NCBI GenBank assembly: GCA_964106915.2
Contig: OZ066914.1
DNA from: Podarcis gaigeae
Taxonomy: Eukaryota
Reading direction: 5' to 3' (one strand)
DNA length: 64,000 nucleotides
Each line of letters starts with the position of its first letter. The first letter of the stretch is position 1. The notes below the pieces were generated by a model. It saw nothing but the letters and a program-made list of their open reading frames with translations. It had not been told where the DNA came from and did not search any database. Positions 1-11,666 of the stretch are shown here, piece by piece. A program made the translations under genes and the position numbers.

Positions 1-2139
1 CTTCATCCAAGCATCCCATGATGGTTTACAATATAAAAACACAGAAATACATATCATAATAAAAAACAAAATTGTATTAAGGCACAGTAAATATGGGATG
101 AGTTTCATGCTGGATGTCTGGAGAAGCAACTAGAAAACTACACATCATAGTGCTTTACCAGATGTCATTCTGCACCGATTCATTCAGCTTGGTCAGTTTT
201 TTGTGATTTGGCATTTCCTTGGTGAATATCAGTTGGTTCAATTATTTTTAGGGAATATGAAATACAAATTCATGCCAGCTGGCGATCTGGTCTTTTATTT
301 AGAAGTGTAATATTATGCACAGCACTTTAAAAGAAATTAATCAGTTCCAAATCTGATTTACATTAAATATATATAATTCTACTCCTGTTAATATAATGAT
401 GACAAATTGATGCAGTGATCTTGTTATTATGTGTGCGCACTGCAGAGTCAATTATTCCCTAATGCAGCACTGTATTAAAACAAGCAATGTGTATTAAATT
501 AAAATCAGCATAATGTGAACCCAACATCAAGAGGATGCAAATGTTAACACAGCAAAATTGTTTAGCAAAAGCAAGCTCAGCCAGATCTCTCAGAATTCAG
601 AAGCCTCCCATTCAGCGACCAGATTTTCCATAGGTTCTCCAGGTTACTCCACAACAGGGCCCTGGTGCTTCAGTTTCCTGAGGAATGAAAGCAGCCACTT
701 TTTATGCTCAGGGCCCATACTGCAGAATAGCTTGCCACCCATTCATAATTTTTATGGATTGTTCCTGTTTGGAGAGCTGTGTCTACAGTTAGAAGAAAAT
801 CAGCGGTGTGCAACTTATGCTGCTATGAGTTAAAATGCCCGAGAAATCTCAAAGGACAATAGTAAATTACTAATGATTAACATACTGAAAATAAGCTGTT
901 TTTCAAAAACGTATAACCTTCATGCCCCCTGCCTAGATAGATATGCCCATGCACATAAAAATATATATGAAATGTAAACATAGCAGCTGCGGAGAGAGGA
1001 GAGGAGGCAGAAGCATAGCTCAGAACCTGATGGGGTCACAGCAGTATAGAAATTAAAGTTTCATCTTACTTGTCTTTCTTGCGGGAGAGAGGAAAGTGGT
1101 GTTTATGCAGATCACGTAGTCAATTGCTCACTAAATGGAATACAGCACCAAGCAAAAGCATCGGGTGGAGAACCTCCAGTCGACAGGCCAAATCTGACCC
1201 AGCACAGTTCCCAATTTGGCCCCTGAGGCCATTTCCCCATAACTCATATACCTGCCCCACTCCTGAGGTCTTACGGGGATGTATTCCTGTGGGGAGCTCA
1301 ATCAGACAGCTAATTCCTGCAGAAAACAACCTTACACTCAACACTTTGCTGGCAAAGCGCCCGTGCTGCAATTCCCAAGCGCCTGTTATCCAGCTGACTA
1401 TTGGACATTTGGGAAACAGTGCACAAGGGACTTAGACAAATGGGAGGGGCAACCCATTTGACATCCTAATTTTTCCTGCCCACCTGTCAAAGCTGGACCA
1501 CAGGGGTGGGGACAGATAGCAATCTGGCCTACTGGGTCAAAAGGGTTCCCAACCCCTGAAATGTGGAACCAGCTCACAGAGAACTTGCCAAGAAATTTCA
1601 GGCAACTGCCGACCAAAGTTCAGAATTACTCACCCTCCTCAACCTCTGCTGCAGCAACGTGATAATAAGGAGTGATTGAATAATTGCCATTATTGTACAA
1701 CCTCCAATCAAGTTATGAAGTCACATTTCTTTTGAGTGAGAGTCAGGAGGCTCCATTAGTGGATCTGGAAGACAAGACTTCGCTGTCATTGCGGGGGAGA
1801 AGCTGACACATGCATCCTCCATAGAAGCAATATATAAAGCGAGGGGATAAAAATAACCAGAGCTGCACAGAGGGATTAACACTTGTTTGCATTGCCACAT
1901 AACTAATTTTGACACCTCCAACACATTTGTTCAGCAGAAGAGGAATGAAGGGTGGCAGCTGGTGTGGGTGAAAAGCTCCATCAAATAGGGCTGTGCTGTA
2001 AGTTTCTCACTGGCAGATGCAAAGCCCAAGGCAGTTTAGTGGGAGTCAGTGGCTGGAGATGACTCTCTCTGCAGGAAACCTCATGCCCAAGTTGGAATAC
2101 GGGGGCTTTTCTAATCAGTAGCTGCTTGGGTTGCATTAC

Positions 2140-2520
2140 ACAGTCAGATGGATTGTACTGTTATCTGAAATCTGTCGCCGGAGGTTAACATTATTAAAAA
2201 CAATCTACGGCCATTTCTGGACATGGATAGCCTGGTTACAGCTACCCATGCGTTAGTAGCTTCCCAGCTGGATTATTGCAATGCACTATGTATGGGGATG
2301 GTCCTTGAGGATGGTCCAGAGAGGGCAGCCAGAGTGCTAGCTGACATATCTGCACAAGGCCATATTACCCTGGTTCTCAAGGATCTGGACTGGCTGCCTG
2401 TTTGTCACTGGGTGAAATTCAAGCTGTTAATACTGAGGTCCAAAGCCCTAAATGGCTTAGGGCCTGGGTATTCAAAGGGGCATCTCTCCCCATATAATCC
2501 TGCCCAGGCTTTGAGGGCAC
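2140..2520 (+). mobile_element. L2-clade LINE fragment (RT C-terminus), degenerate
   Basis: Translation HALVASQLDYCNAL...HITLVLKDLDWLPV...FKLL..KALNGLGPGY is typical of L2 ORF2. Confidence 0.85.
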
Positions 2521-2927
2521 TGCCATGTGGGCTCACCAGAGGGCTTCCTTGGCAAGAGCATCCCAAGGAACACCCACCCCTCTGAGTTTTGGCTAGCAAA
2601 AACTTTCATTGGTTTTCTCCCCTGAATTAGCCATTTTGTGCCCAAGATATACTTGGCTGTGTATTGAGCGATATATTAAACAGATCAAGATGGCGGCATT
2701 CTCAGGCACTTCAAAGGCCTCGGATTCAGTCTCGAGTAGCATCAGTAATGGAAAAGTTACCAAGTAGCAGGCCTGAGAACCACCGACAGTGATCAGTGGC
2801 AATCCAGGTCTAGAGGGATCGTCCGATTGTTTAGTGTGAGGCAGCTCCTGTTCCTAGCAATAGTCTCAGCTGTGGAGAAAAGAGAGCAGTGCTAAGGGAG
2901 TAATGTGTAGGGGCTGGAGCACTGGCT

Positions 2928-3162
2928 TCAGAGCCAGCCCAAGACATTTTGCTGCCTAAGGCAAAATGCAAGATGGCCCCTCTCCCCATTTCATGTACAA
3001 AAGCCAACCAGACCGGGAGATTCTGGTTAAAGGACAGCACCTTCCACTGCCCCTGAACGCAATAGACTACATCAGGGCAGGACATGTGGCACACTCCCTG
3101 CCCCTCAGTATCTGCTGCCTGAGGCAACTGCCTCACTCTGCCTCATGGTAGGGCCACCTCTG
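2928..3162. mobile_element. Old non-autonomous DNA transposon/MITE
   Basis: Imperfect terminal inverted repeats (cagagccagccc / gggccacctctg) and internal gctgcctgaggc motifs. Related sequence near 7011-7060 and 43230-43510. Confidence 0.5.
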
Positions 3163-4575
3163 CCTGTATCTTTCACAATGAGCCTCTGCTCTTCTATCCC
3201 TTTCCCTCCTGTTGTTGAAATTGAATTCTTCCTTTTAAACTTTGCTTATAGGGCTGCTGGGCGCACAGTGTTGGTGAATACCTAGCTACCCACCACCTTA
3301 CTTTGCCCAGAGATATCTAGACAATTACATCAGAATGCACGTGTTTGCTTCATGGGTGTGTGCCCCAGGTTCCTTAAGTACATACCCTGATGATGTGTAC
3401 CCTTCTCAACCATCACCAGCACAAAATACATGGCAAGCCACCAATACTGTGATAGAGCATGGAGTCTCCTATTGAAATATTGCATATCAAAGAATCACAG
3501 AGGCCGTTTATACAGGCATCCCACCCCCACCCCACCCCCACTTTCCTTCATGCAAACACGCCCAAATATGTTTCTGCACACCAAAGAAAGGAAATGCGTG
3601 AAATGGCATCAATGCACACAAGCAAGCAATTTCTATGATCATGGATGGTCCAAAAAACTGCAGCTGTGATTATAGAAATTGCTGCTGAGTATGATCACAG
3701 GGCTCTTGAGAGCAATTACCCAAAGAAAAACATCTAGTGAAATGCCTGAGTGAATCGGCCCTTGCTGGGTAGCTATAAATGTAAACCTCCATGCACCCAT
3801 GTGGTCTGGGTGACTTCTGCACTCTTCATTGTCTATCCTCCATTCTTCATGCCTTGTGCCCCTTTACATTTGGAATCCCTGTATGCCAATATACACAGCT
3901 CCAGGTCGGACACAGGGCCAAGCAAAATGTGGCAAGAGCAGCCCTGTTTGTTCATATAAAAAGAAATGTGTGAGGGTCTAATGTTAATGTCAGCTGAAAC
4001 CTTCCCAGTCTTACCTCCCCATGGTCCATCGCCCCAGATGCGTTCCCCTCTGCCTGGCTTACTTCCAACACTGGAGCTGGGCTAAGAGCTGCAGTGACAG
4101 ATCTTGAGATGGTTAGGTGCTTGCTGGGTTCAGGTCTCCTTACCTATACATCCTTGATGATGTAAAAAAAATGGACATACACACCCAATTTATATATGAA
4201 TGGGCCACAGACACATTTAAAAAAAATGCTTGCTCAAGTTTAACCCTTAAAGTTGGAGGGATTGGATGTGATGTAAATGAGCAGGCTGAACAAAGATAAA
4301 TGTGGAAGACAGACATGGGAGGAATGTGGAGGGTATGGGAAGAATGAGGGTTGAAGTGGAGGTAGGGGAAGTTGTGACTGGTAAAGCTTTAAAAGGGCAG
4401 AGGGGAAACCAAAAAAAGGGATGGGGGGGGAATAAAGGACCAGAAGGTCAAGTGGAACCAGCATTTGATGGAGGGGTTGCAACCAGGAAGTTTCCATTTA
4501 TTGGAGACAAGACTTGAACAAAGGTCACTCCTCCTGCTTTCTGACCTGTGTGATTTGTTTCCTCATCCCCCCTAG

Positions 4576-4680
4576 ATCTACCTGTCATGGAAGAGTGGCC
4601 CAGGCGAAGTGAAGCACTGGAAGGATATGATTTCACACCCCCGGCAGGCTGTGGCACAGTGGCACCAGCTGAAGGCCTGA
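4576..4680 (+). CDS. SYT7: Synaptotagmin-7, last coding exon (C2B C-terminus)
   Basis: Pyrimidine tract plus tag acceptor at 4575, then [34 protein letters not shown], matching the SYT7 C-terminus. Synteny with LRRC10B fits. Upstream exons lie outside the window. Confidence 0.97.
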   Translation: MYLSWKSGPGEVKHWKDMISHPRQAVAQWHQLKA

Positions 4681-4971
4681 GAGGCAGGAGCCGAGGACTC
4701 GCTCTGGGTTTCAGTGCACCAAGTCAACATTTACTGGCCACACTCTCACTACTACTTTATGCACAACGGCTGCACCCTGGTCTCCCCCAGGGGGGAAAAG
4801 CTTGGGAATGACCACAGGCTAAGGGAGCGAACCTGAAACATGTACTAAACTCTGGGAAAGTGGTATCGGTGCCCAATGTGCTGGCTCAGCAGCGCAGAGC
4901 ATCACAAGGAGCACCATTAATACCCAACCTCCTGCTTTAGCCTTTCCATCAGACTCCTTATGTAGAAAGAA

Positions 4972-4972
4972 C

Positions 4973-5012
<40 letters not shown>
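4972..5012. repeat. (GA)n microsatellite
   Basis: Direct reading. Confidence 0.95.
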
Positions 5013-7269
5013 CCAGAGCAGAGCAGCCCTCCAGCTGAAGGTGGCCTCAGCACTGATTTGTTTGGATTCACAGTGTAGCAATGGCACAATGGGAGGAGAG
5101 GGGTCCGCTACTGCCATACAAGACTTCCTATGAGTTCTTCCAGCCAAAGGCCCATTGGGATGGCACCCTACTCCGCCATAAGAAAGCTAACCCCATCCAG
5201 CGGCTGCACTGGCCTGAGAGGGGGCACTGCAAGGAGATCACTTGCTCTGTTTCCATGAGGTGGTTTCGTTATCATTCAATAAAACTTGTAAGAGTAATAA
5301 GAATAATATAAATAATAATGCTGGCTAGACCTTTTCCTAGCCAGGCCTCTCTGCAAAGGGGAGAGGAGCCACGAAGCTCCCCTAGCCCCCCTGTGTGTGT
5401 GTTGTGTGTTGTAACTATGCGTGCAGGGCATTCGTGTGTCACTTGTGTTCTCTTTCTCTCGCTCAGCCCTAGACAATTTGTTTCTCTGAGGGGCTTGATT
5501 CACTGCCCAGCAGGAATTGAGGGGAAGCTTATGCCATGTGGAAAGGAGGGGAGCAACAGATTTTGGAGTTTTGATTGAGAGGAGAGAGGAAAGAGAGGCA
5601 AGGAGGCCATTTCTTAACCATGCTGGAAGCCATGAAACACATGCCACAAGCTAGAGTGTGTGTGGTTGTAACATTAGGGAGACCCTAACTTTTAATTGCC
5701 CATTTTGTTTGGCAGAGGCAAAGGAGACATGCTGAGCAGTCCTGAATTTTTTTGGGGGGCAGGGCGGGAGCCATTCAAACTGACCCATCTCAACATCCCA
5801 ATGTGCTTGTTACACATGGCCCCAAGCAACCATCCTACTTTAATGATGCCTCCCCATGCACCCTAACCCACCACCGTCTCTCTTGGATTCCAAAGCTTGT
5901 TTTCACTTGGTCTGCAGCCCTTCCATTGGAAACCAGCAAACACACACCTGTGCAATTTCTAGTTAATTAGCCACCCACTTTCTGTACCCTTCTGCAGCTA
6001 TGTTAAAAGAGTTTGCCTAGAAATTGACTTCTCTCATTTGCATTCACAAACCTCAAATACAGGTTGCATCAAGAAGATTGGTGCCCATGATGTAGAAGGA
6101 TGTGATTTTTCAGCGAAACCAGTACTTCCCGGAAGTGGCGTTGAGGAATTGACTTTATGATAGCAAAACAACCCTAGTTAAAAGTCTTGGGTTGTCCACG
6201 CAGTAACTCCAACTTAAATCTTGGGTTTCTATTTGTCTTTGATGAAATGTTTCATCTCTTCTCTGCTTTTTATTCTTCATTGCCTGATAGGGTACCAGGG
6301 AAAAGTCAACTCTCCTAGACATTCGGTCAAAATGGCAAAGAGATCACCTCAAGACTTCATAGGTGAGAGCAGGGGCTAAGGGGCACTGACAAGAAAGATT
6401 TGTGTCTGATTCCAGTGCTTCTCTGGATCTTTATCTCAGTCTTCCCACATTTTTCCTGCAAACAGAGAACAAGGATTAATCTGCACAACCCTTTTTGAAT
6501 GTGTTAAAGGCAACGTTTTATTTCAGTTACTTGGGAAACACTTTTGGGCTAATCTTTTGAATATATTGACAGGTGTCCTAACCCATTGCATCCTGTGGAG
6601 AAGCAGTAATCCAAAAGCAAGTCAAGCCAGTTCTCCAGGCCACTTCTCACAAGCACTCTGCACAGCTTTTCTTCTCCCCACCCCAAAGGCTAGAATGTGC
6701 CATCGAAGAGGGTCATCTGCATGATTCAGTATGAGCGTGCAGGTCAGTCTTGCACTACGCTGCAGACCTTCCATGCATAGGAGGTGAGCAGTGATGTGAA
6801 TGTGGCAAACAATTCATATAATCCATTTGCCATTTCCAAGCTCAAGCTGCAAGGGGGAAATGATGCCGGGGTAGATAAGACAGAATGGTTTTGTGGAGAG
6901 GGAGCCTCAGTCTGAACACATATTGAAATATTTGCAGCAGCTATTCAGCAGAGCAAAAACCGCTCGTAAGACAATTCATTTTGGCTTTGAGGTGTCCTAG
7001 GTGATTGTGTGCAGGGCTGGTGCAGGACAGTTTGTCGCCTGAGGCATAGGACAAGATGGCAGCTCCCTGCATTCAACATCCAGATGCTGACTAGCCCAGT
7101 GGCTGAGTTTATATATATATTCACAAATAAACATTATCATCACATAAGTATAAAATAATAAATCACAGAAAAAGAAAATAGAAAATAAAACATTTCCACA
7201 CAATATTAAATCCACATTTTGGGGTGACTCGGATCCCTCGACTTCCCTCTAGCTGCGTCTGAGTCTTAA

Positions 7270-7295
7270 TTCAGCACCAGGGATTGGACAGTGTC
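7270..7295 (+). promoter_or_regulatory. Non-canonical REST/NRSF RE1 element (7-nt spacer)
   Basis: TTCAGCACC-agggatt-GGACAGTGTC. Confidence 0.55.
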
Positions 7296-7374
7296 CTTCA
7301 CCATACCAGAGGCAGCAAGCTAGTTGCGAAGGGGGCAGGACGTGTCATGTAGCATAAACAGCTCTGTCTTCCAA

Positions 7375-8270
7375 CGTAGGAAAATGGCCAGTTTTAATAT
7401 GTTTCACCTCCATTTGTTTAGAAGCTGCTCATTCTAGTCCTCTGCATACTTTTGCGAGTAACATTTGGCTACAAGTCTTGCTTTGTAGCATTCAACTTCC
7501 CGTTCTGTGCCCTGCTTTACCTTGCATACCCACTTGCTTCCAATTGTCCTCTTCCTGGGAGGTATCTTGATTAAAGTCCAGGTTTGGTTCTGGTGCAGGG
7601 CATCCATCTCCATGCACCTTCCTTCCATAGACGGGCTTCAGCTCCATCTCTTCCCAGGTGGAAGGTTTCATGGGGTGGTGGCGACTTGTGATGGAGGGCA
7701 GTTGCGGAGTTGGAATAGCTTTCTTGGGTCTCAATGAGCCCCTGACCTCTGTCTCTGGAGTCACATCAGCTTCCTCATCACCAAGTGCAGGCATCTCATC
7801 ATCAGTCTCCTCCCCTGTGGGAGCGCTGCTGCTTGGACTCGGCTCCTCTGCTTCTCCTTGCTGCTCATCATTTGTGCTAAGTAGTGTGACAGTAGAAAAC
7901 AGATCTGGACATCAATTCAGGAAAGTACTTGTGGGCTTGTGTTTCTTCCTCTGACTCCTCAGAAAAATCTATCTCTTGTCAGCTTTCCTGTGCTCATCAA
8001 AATGAACCACATGTCTTGTGCTGACCTTTCCAGTATTCAAGTTCATCACTTTGTAATATCTGCCTCCAATACCAAATCCAAACATAATTGCCTGTTCCTC
8101 TCTGGAGTCTTAACTTGTCCCTGTTCTCCATGGGTACATAGGCATAGGCAATGCTGCCAAACACAGGTTTGTGTGATATGTTTGGTACACTTCCATGCCA
8201 AAGCTCAAAAGGTGTGCATTCAGCTCCCTTGGTTGGCAGACTGTTCTGGAGAACCACCTTCTCTCTCGAT
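7375..8270 (-). mobile_element. Ty1/Copia LTR retrotransposon pol fragment (integrase C-terminus to RT N-terminus), degenerate
   Basis: LQNSLPTK..TPFELWHG...VFGSIAYAYVP (integrase) is followed by TWTL..P.RKRTIGSKWV.KVK...YKARLVAK.YSQKY and QMEVKH (RT). The IN-before-RT order is diagnostic of Copia. Frameshifts and stops present. Confidence 0.9.
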
Positions 8271-8569
8271 TTGAACATCAAAGTAGTAGGAAACATTTCT
8301 GAGTTCCTTTATCTCTGCTGCTTTGCACATCAATCTCCCCAGCTGCCTCCACTTTATTTCATCCACAGTTTTAACAAAAATGGCATTAGGAGCCTGTTCT
8401 CTGATTGACAGAAAGCTGGAACTGAGACATTTTCTGACCTCTTACAATCAAGTGAAAGCCCATTGCTGAAATGAGGGACAGCTTAAGGAAAACAGGATTC
8501 ATGTGGATATAGATAGTTTCACATTCTTCTTAAACAATCAGCTGAGAATTTATAGATTTAGGCAGATAA

Positions 8570-8990
8570 CTTTGAAAAATGAATATGGAAATGAAAAGAC
8601 CTCATATATATCGAATGATTATTCATATGGGAGAAGATAGATTGTGTTATGGGAAGCAGTGATTGGGGTAACTATCTCAAGAGACACCTAGAAATATATA
8701 GGCAATTCAGAGGAATTACGGTCAATGTGGCATTTAACCCCACTTAGAATTGCTAGAATTTATGATACCAGTAATGATGACTGTTGGAAATGCAACTCAG
8801 TTACAGCATATTTAATTCACTATTTGTGGAACTGCCCTGAAGCAAAAACAATACCAGCAGGAAATGGTATCTAATATAAGAAGCATGTTGAAACACCCTG
8901 TTCAGCTAGACTCAAAATTACTCCTATTAACTTATTTGAAAGACACAGTCCTTAAAGGCAGGGAGAAACTGTTGTTTAATATAATTCTAT
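8570..8990 (+). mobile_element. L1/Tx1-like LINE ORF2 3' fragment, degenerate
   Basis: TPLRIARIYDTSNDDCWKCNSVTAYLIHYLWNCPEAK (CCHC zinc knuckle), homologous to the element at 47316-48503. Confidence 0.75.
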
Positions 8991-9024
8991 TCTAATATTA
9001 TATGAAGTGCTACATAATATAATA

Positions 9025-9242
9025 CAGTAGTACCTCAGGTTATGAACTTAATTCGTTCTGGAGGTCCATTCTTAACCCGAAACCGTTCTTAACCTGAGGC
9101 GTGCTTTCGCTAATGGGGCCTCCTGGTACCACCGCTGCACGATTTTCATTCTCATCCTGGGGCAAAGTTCGCAACCTAGAGCAACTACTTCCGGGTTAGC
9201 AGAGTTTGTAACCCGAAGGGTTTGTAACCCGAGGGACCACTG
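9025..9242. mobile_element. Tc1/mariner-pogo-type MITE
   Basis: TIRs CAGTAGTACCTCAGGTTA / TAACCCGAGGGACCACTG, flanked by TA on both sides. Same family as 60663-60891. Confidence 0.85.
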
Positions 9243-9872
9243 TACTGTATTTTTACTACGAGGGGTGGTAACATTTGGATTCTCTGCCCCTAGCGCCAAC
9301 ATTTCTTAAGCCATCTCTGCATGCAAGAGGTTCTATCAATGTTGCTGGGATAGAGTCCTAATGGTATTTTTCTTCCCCTGGCCTTGTCAGTTTTGGCAGC
9401 TGCTTCCAGAGGTTTTTGACTTGTTTCCAGTGTTATTTCTACTCAGAATAGATCAGTTGAAAATAATGGACATGGCTAACTTAAGCCCAATTAACTTCAG
9501 TGGAGCTACTCTGCATAGAATGAGCACTGGATACAACCCTACTTGCTTCTAATGTGAGGGCCAAGTGGGCTCTTTACCAGCCAAGCATGATTTCATTTTT
9601 TGCTCTGGCTGTCCAGGTCACAGGCCTTTCACTTATCCCTTGCTTAGCACAAAGGTAGCTATCATTCCATCTAGTTCCCAATGAGAGATTGTTGGGTGGC
9701 TGCAGTTTCCCAGTCCACAAAATTGCCCATCTGATATGAACTCCTAAGCCTTGAGATGATATATATGAGGCCGACTGTCACCGACAGCAATCATAATGTA
9801 AAGCCTTCTGCTCCAAGTACCATGGCAGATGAGAAATAAAAGCCAGGAAGATGCAAGCATGCTTGAAAGTAC

Positions 9873-9887
9873 CCACTAGGTGGCACT
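9873..9887 (+). promoter_or_regulatory. CTCF core motif
   Basis: CCACTAGGTGGCACT matches CCACYAGGKGGCR. Confidence 0.5.
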
Positions 9888-11644
9888 CATGTTCTCTTAA
9901 CACTGCATCGCTGGGCTATCACTGGCTCAACTTGAGTCAAGAAAGACCCAATTGACTGCTGGTTTAACAGCCAGCGCAACACTCTTATATGCAAAGTGAC
10001 AGGAATGTTTCAGGATGACTGATACTGTCAGGAGCTCCGGACTATTTTGCCACCAAAACTAAATTGTGCATTTTCCACTTGATTACTGGATGGTAGTAGA
10101 AAGGCAGTGGAGTGGATAGAGGCCATTTAGACTGGCAGGACCCCTAGAAAATGCTGACAAAGGTGGGCAAATGGATAGCAGGATTCTTGGGGTTCCCAAG
10201 CTATGGAATAGCAGCTGTGGCATAAGCCAGGCCCCCAAATGTGGATTTTATGCCAAATTGCAGTGACATGAGTAGCACTTGCATACTAATATTTGGTTGG
10301 AAAACTGGGATGAGGAGCTGTCCATGCCTCCAACCTCTTCCCAGGCAAATCCACCTGAGCAGTCCTACTTATCTGCTCTTCCTAAAACCTATCATGCTCT
10401 GCTGCCCCTTCACATCAATTTTCACACACCCCAGCTTCCCACTATTCCCCTGTATGCTCCTGGCATGGTATTCAATGCTGGTCCTGTGCAGAATAGGCCT
10501 AGTGATGTTAAGAGACAAGGATAACATGGGCTTATTGAGTTCAATGGGTCTACTTTGAGTAGGGACTTGAATCCAACCCACATACTCTGCCCACCTTCTT
10601 TCACTCTCCTCCAGTTGCTCAGATCCTCACGTGTTATGCTACAGACTGATTTACCAATTTCCCCTCCTCTTCTGACCTTCTTCACAGTCCTACTGAAAAG
10701 TCTTCACAAGCTCTTCCCTTGCCATGAGCCCTCCAGATAATGAACTTCACAACCCTGCTTGGTTGAAGCTCTTTCCTTTTATGAATCCATCTTTGTAAAC
10801 AGCACATTGCCACTAAATACTACTTGAGTCGAATAGGAGGGACCTGTCCACCAGTGGATAGATTGTAAAAGCTCCTTTCTCCTCCAGAGCTTTGTACTCG
10901 CCCAGCCAGGCCATTGTACAGAGGAAAACTCAAATAGGGCATTCAATACCTTCCTTCTGTCCTGGGTCATTAATCCTGTGGAGTGTGAGCCAAACTTCCA
11001 GCACTTAAAATCAAATAAAATAGGGCATTCAGCTTCTTCCTCCAAGCAGTTAACCAATGGGTCTGTTCTCTCAGGCTATCCTTGAGCAGGTTGACTGTCA
11101 TAATATGTATAATAGTTGGGGGGGGGTGGAATTTAAGGGTGTTTTATTTTGTTGAGTTAGTCAGTGTGTTACAGTATTTTTTTTTTTCTATATGATGTAC
11201 AGATGCCTAAATGATATTTCTGGTAGGCACATTTTTATACATGTAACAATACACTGCTGAAAATTAAGGAGGCTTGCAGGAATAGGAGAAAAACCCCAGT
11301 TAGTTGGGGGAAAGTTGGGGAAAAATCAGGGCTCTTATAGAAAATGAGTTGGGGTTTGGCTTTCTTTCTTCTTTTCCCCTCATGGCATTTCTTGGCATCC
11401 ACTCGGCTGGGCAGGCTTTTTAAAAATCAAAGAGCCCCAAGGAGTTTTTTATATGTTTCTTTATTATCCCATTGTTGAGGAAGAGGGCAGAAGGAGAGAG
11501 AGTGAGACATGATTTAGCAATTGACGTTTGTTTAATAGGTAATGTCTTAATGGAGAAATAAAACCAAATTGTATTGAAATGAGAGGGGCCTGCTTTTTAT
11601 TTTTGTGCCCCCTCTTGTACAGCTGTCAGCCAATCAGATGCAAA

Positions 11645-11666
11645 AATAATAATAATAATAATAATA
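11645..11666. repeat. (AAT)n microsatellite
   Basis: Direct reading. Confidence 0.9.

Noticed and set aside
4678-4836. ~50 open codons after the SYT7 stop (possible readthrough)
   Set aside because: Stop context is TGA-GAG, not a readthrough motif such as TGA-CTAG; the length is compatible with chance.
10230-11060. Cluster of 60-105 aa ORFs with a faint APE-like motif (VFNAGPVQNR)
   Set aside because: Too degenerate to assign; probably an old LINE remnant.
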